A program made the translations under genes and the position numbers. The notes beneath the pieces are model-generated. The model saw only the letters and a list, made by a program, of their open reading frames with translations, searched no databases and was not told where the DNA came from. A DNA stretch of 7,880 nt from Zygophlyctis sp. KS116 (lineage: Eukaryota; Fungi; Chytridiomycota), in the NCBI GenBank assembly GCA_054661495.1, contig BAAFSQ010000397.1, positions 1-7,880 on the forward strand, read 5' to 3'. Positions 7,602-7,880 of this stretch are shown piece by piece; the stretch's first letter is position 1, and each line of letters begins with the position of its first letter.

Positions 7602-7804
7602 TACGTCTTAGAGACTCACTACTATGATGTTCTAGGGTATATAGCTAGGTCTGGGCGTAGCACGCTTATTATGCTTGTGATTGATATTGCGGCTTGTTGG
7701 AACTCATGATTAATTGATGCTTAGATCTTTTGTACTTTTTAATACAAATTATTTTTGGTTGTTACTCTTATTTTATACCGTCTGAGCTACTCCAGACCGT
7801 AACA
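7602..7804 (+). repeat. 3' LTR of element B (203 bp; initial TGT lost)
   Basis: Matches 2683-2889; ends CCGTAACA. Confidence 0.97.
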
Positions 7805-7808
7805 AGGA
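7805..7808. repeat. Right target-site duplication of element B (AGGA)
   Basis: Identical to 2676-2679. Confidence 0.8.
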
Positions 7809-7880
7809 CTGAAAAACCGGGTTCTTTATATAGTCTTAAATCAAAAGCAATTAATTAATTCTGTACTTTCTCACTTAGAA

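Larger units (their letters stand above)
6179..7627 (+). pseudogene. pol: Element B integrase with C-terminal tail, no chromodomain
   Basis: HEILGH...CSVC; IDFIQD, ISDR, YHPQTNGMVER; KWKGPF. Frameshift ~6659, TAA 7165-7167, frameshift at the TTAGGG tract; tail frame 7397-7627 is stop-free through the PPT. Confidence 0.92.
2680..7804 (+). mobile_element. Full-length degenerate Ty3/Gypsy LTR retrotransposon, element B (5125 bp)
   Basis: Paired LTRs, TG...CA ends, TSD, PPT and gag-PR-RT-RH-IN order. Confidence 0.97.

Noticed and set aside
2680-7804. Paradox of young LTRs with a heavily damaged interior
   Set aside because: Four substitutions and two indels over ~410 bp of LTR, scaled to ~4.5 kb of coding sequence, are roughly compatible with five stops and several indels; no special mechanism is needed.
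1-7804. A and B as a tandem duplication sharing one LTR
   Set aside because: Proteins are clearly diverged, LTRs are unalignable apart from the U5 tip, and B has its own TSD.
1-7880. Prokaryotic RT system (retron, DGR, group II intron, CRISPR-RT)
   Set aside because: LTRs, gag, aspartic protease, RNase H and HHCC/DDE integrase identify eukaryotic Ty3/Gypsy elements; no spacer array or bacterial genes.

Overview
Eukaryotic, AT-rich DNA (probably fungal; not prokaryotic) made almost entirely of two decayed Ty3/Gypsy (Metaviridae) LTR retrotransposons lying head-to-tail on the + strand, 14 bp apart. Element A (1-2665) is the 3' part of a copy that begins outside the window: RT, RNase H, integrase, PPT and a ~255-bp 3' LTR. 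Element B (2680-7804) is complete: ~210-bp LTRs about 2% diverged, an AGGA target-site duplication, and gag-PR-RT-RH-IN broken by stops, frameshifts and deletions. The two are different families (unrelated LTRs) of one lineage. Highlights: (i) B has no tRNA primer site; an 11-nt stretch after the 5' LTR is perfectly complementary to a site inside the LTR, the Tf1-type self-priming signature; (ii) a 207-bp insert with a 13-bp target duplication and Pol III A/B-box-like motifs (candidate SINE) splits B's RT; (iii) chromovirus-like RT/RH is joined to a non-chromovirus-like integrase with no chromodomain; (iv) a TTAGGG tract frameshifts B's integrase tail, which carries a PP1-docking-like motif. 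No host genes are evident. All alignments were done by eye.
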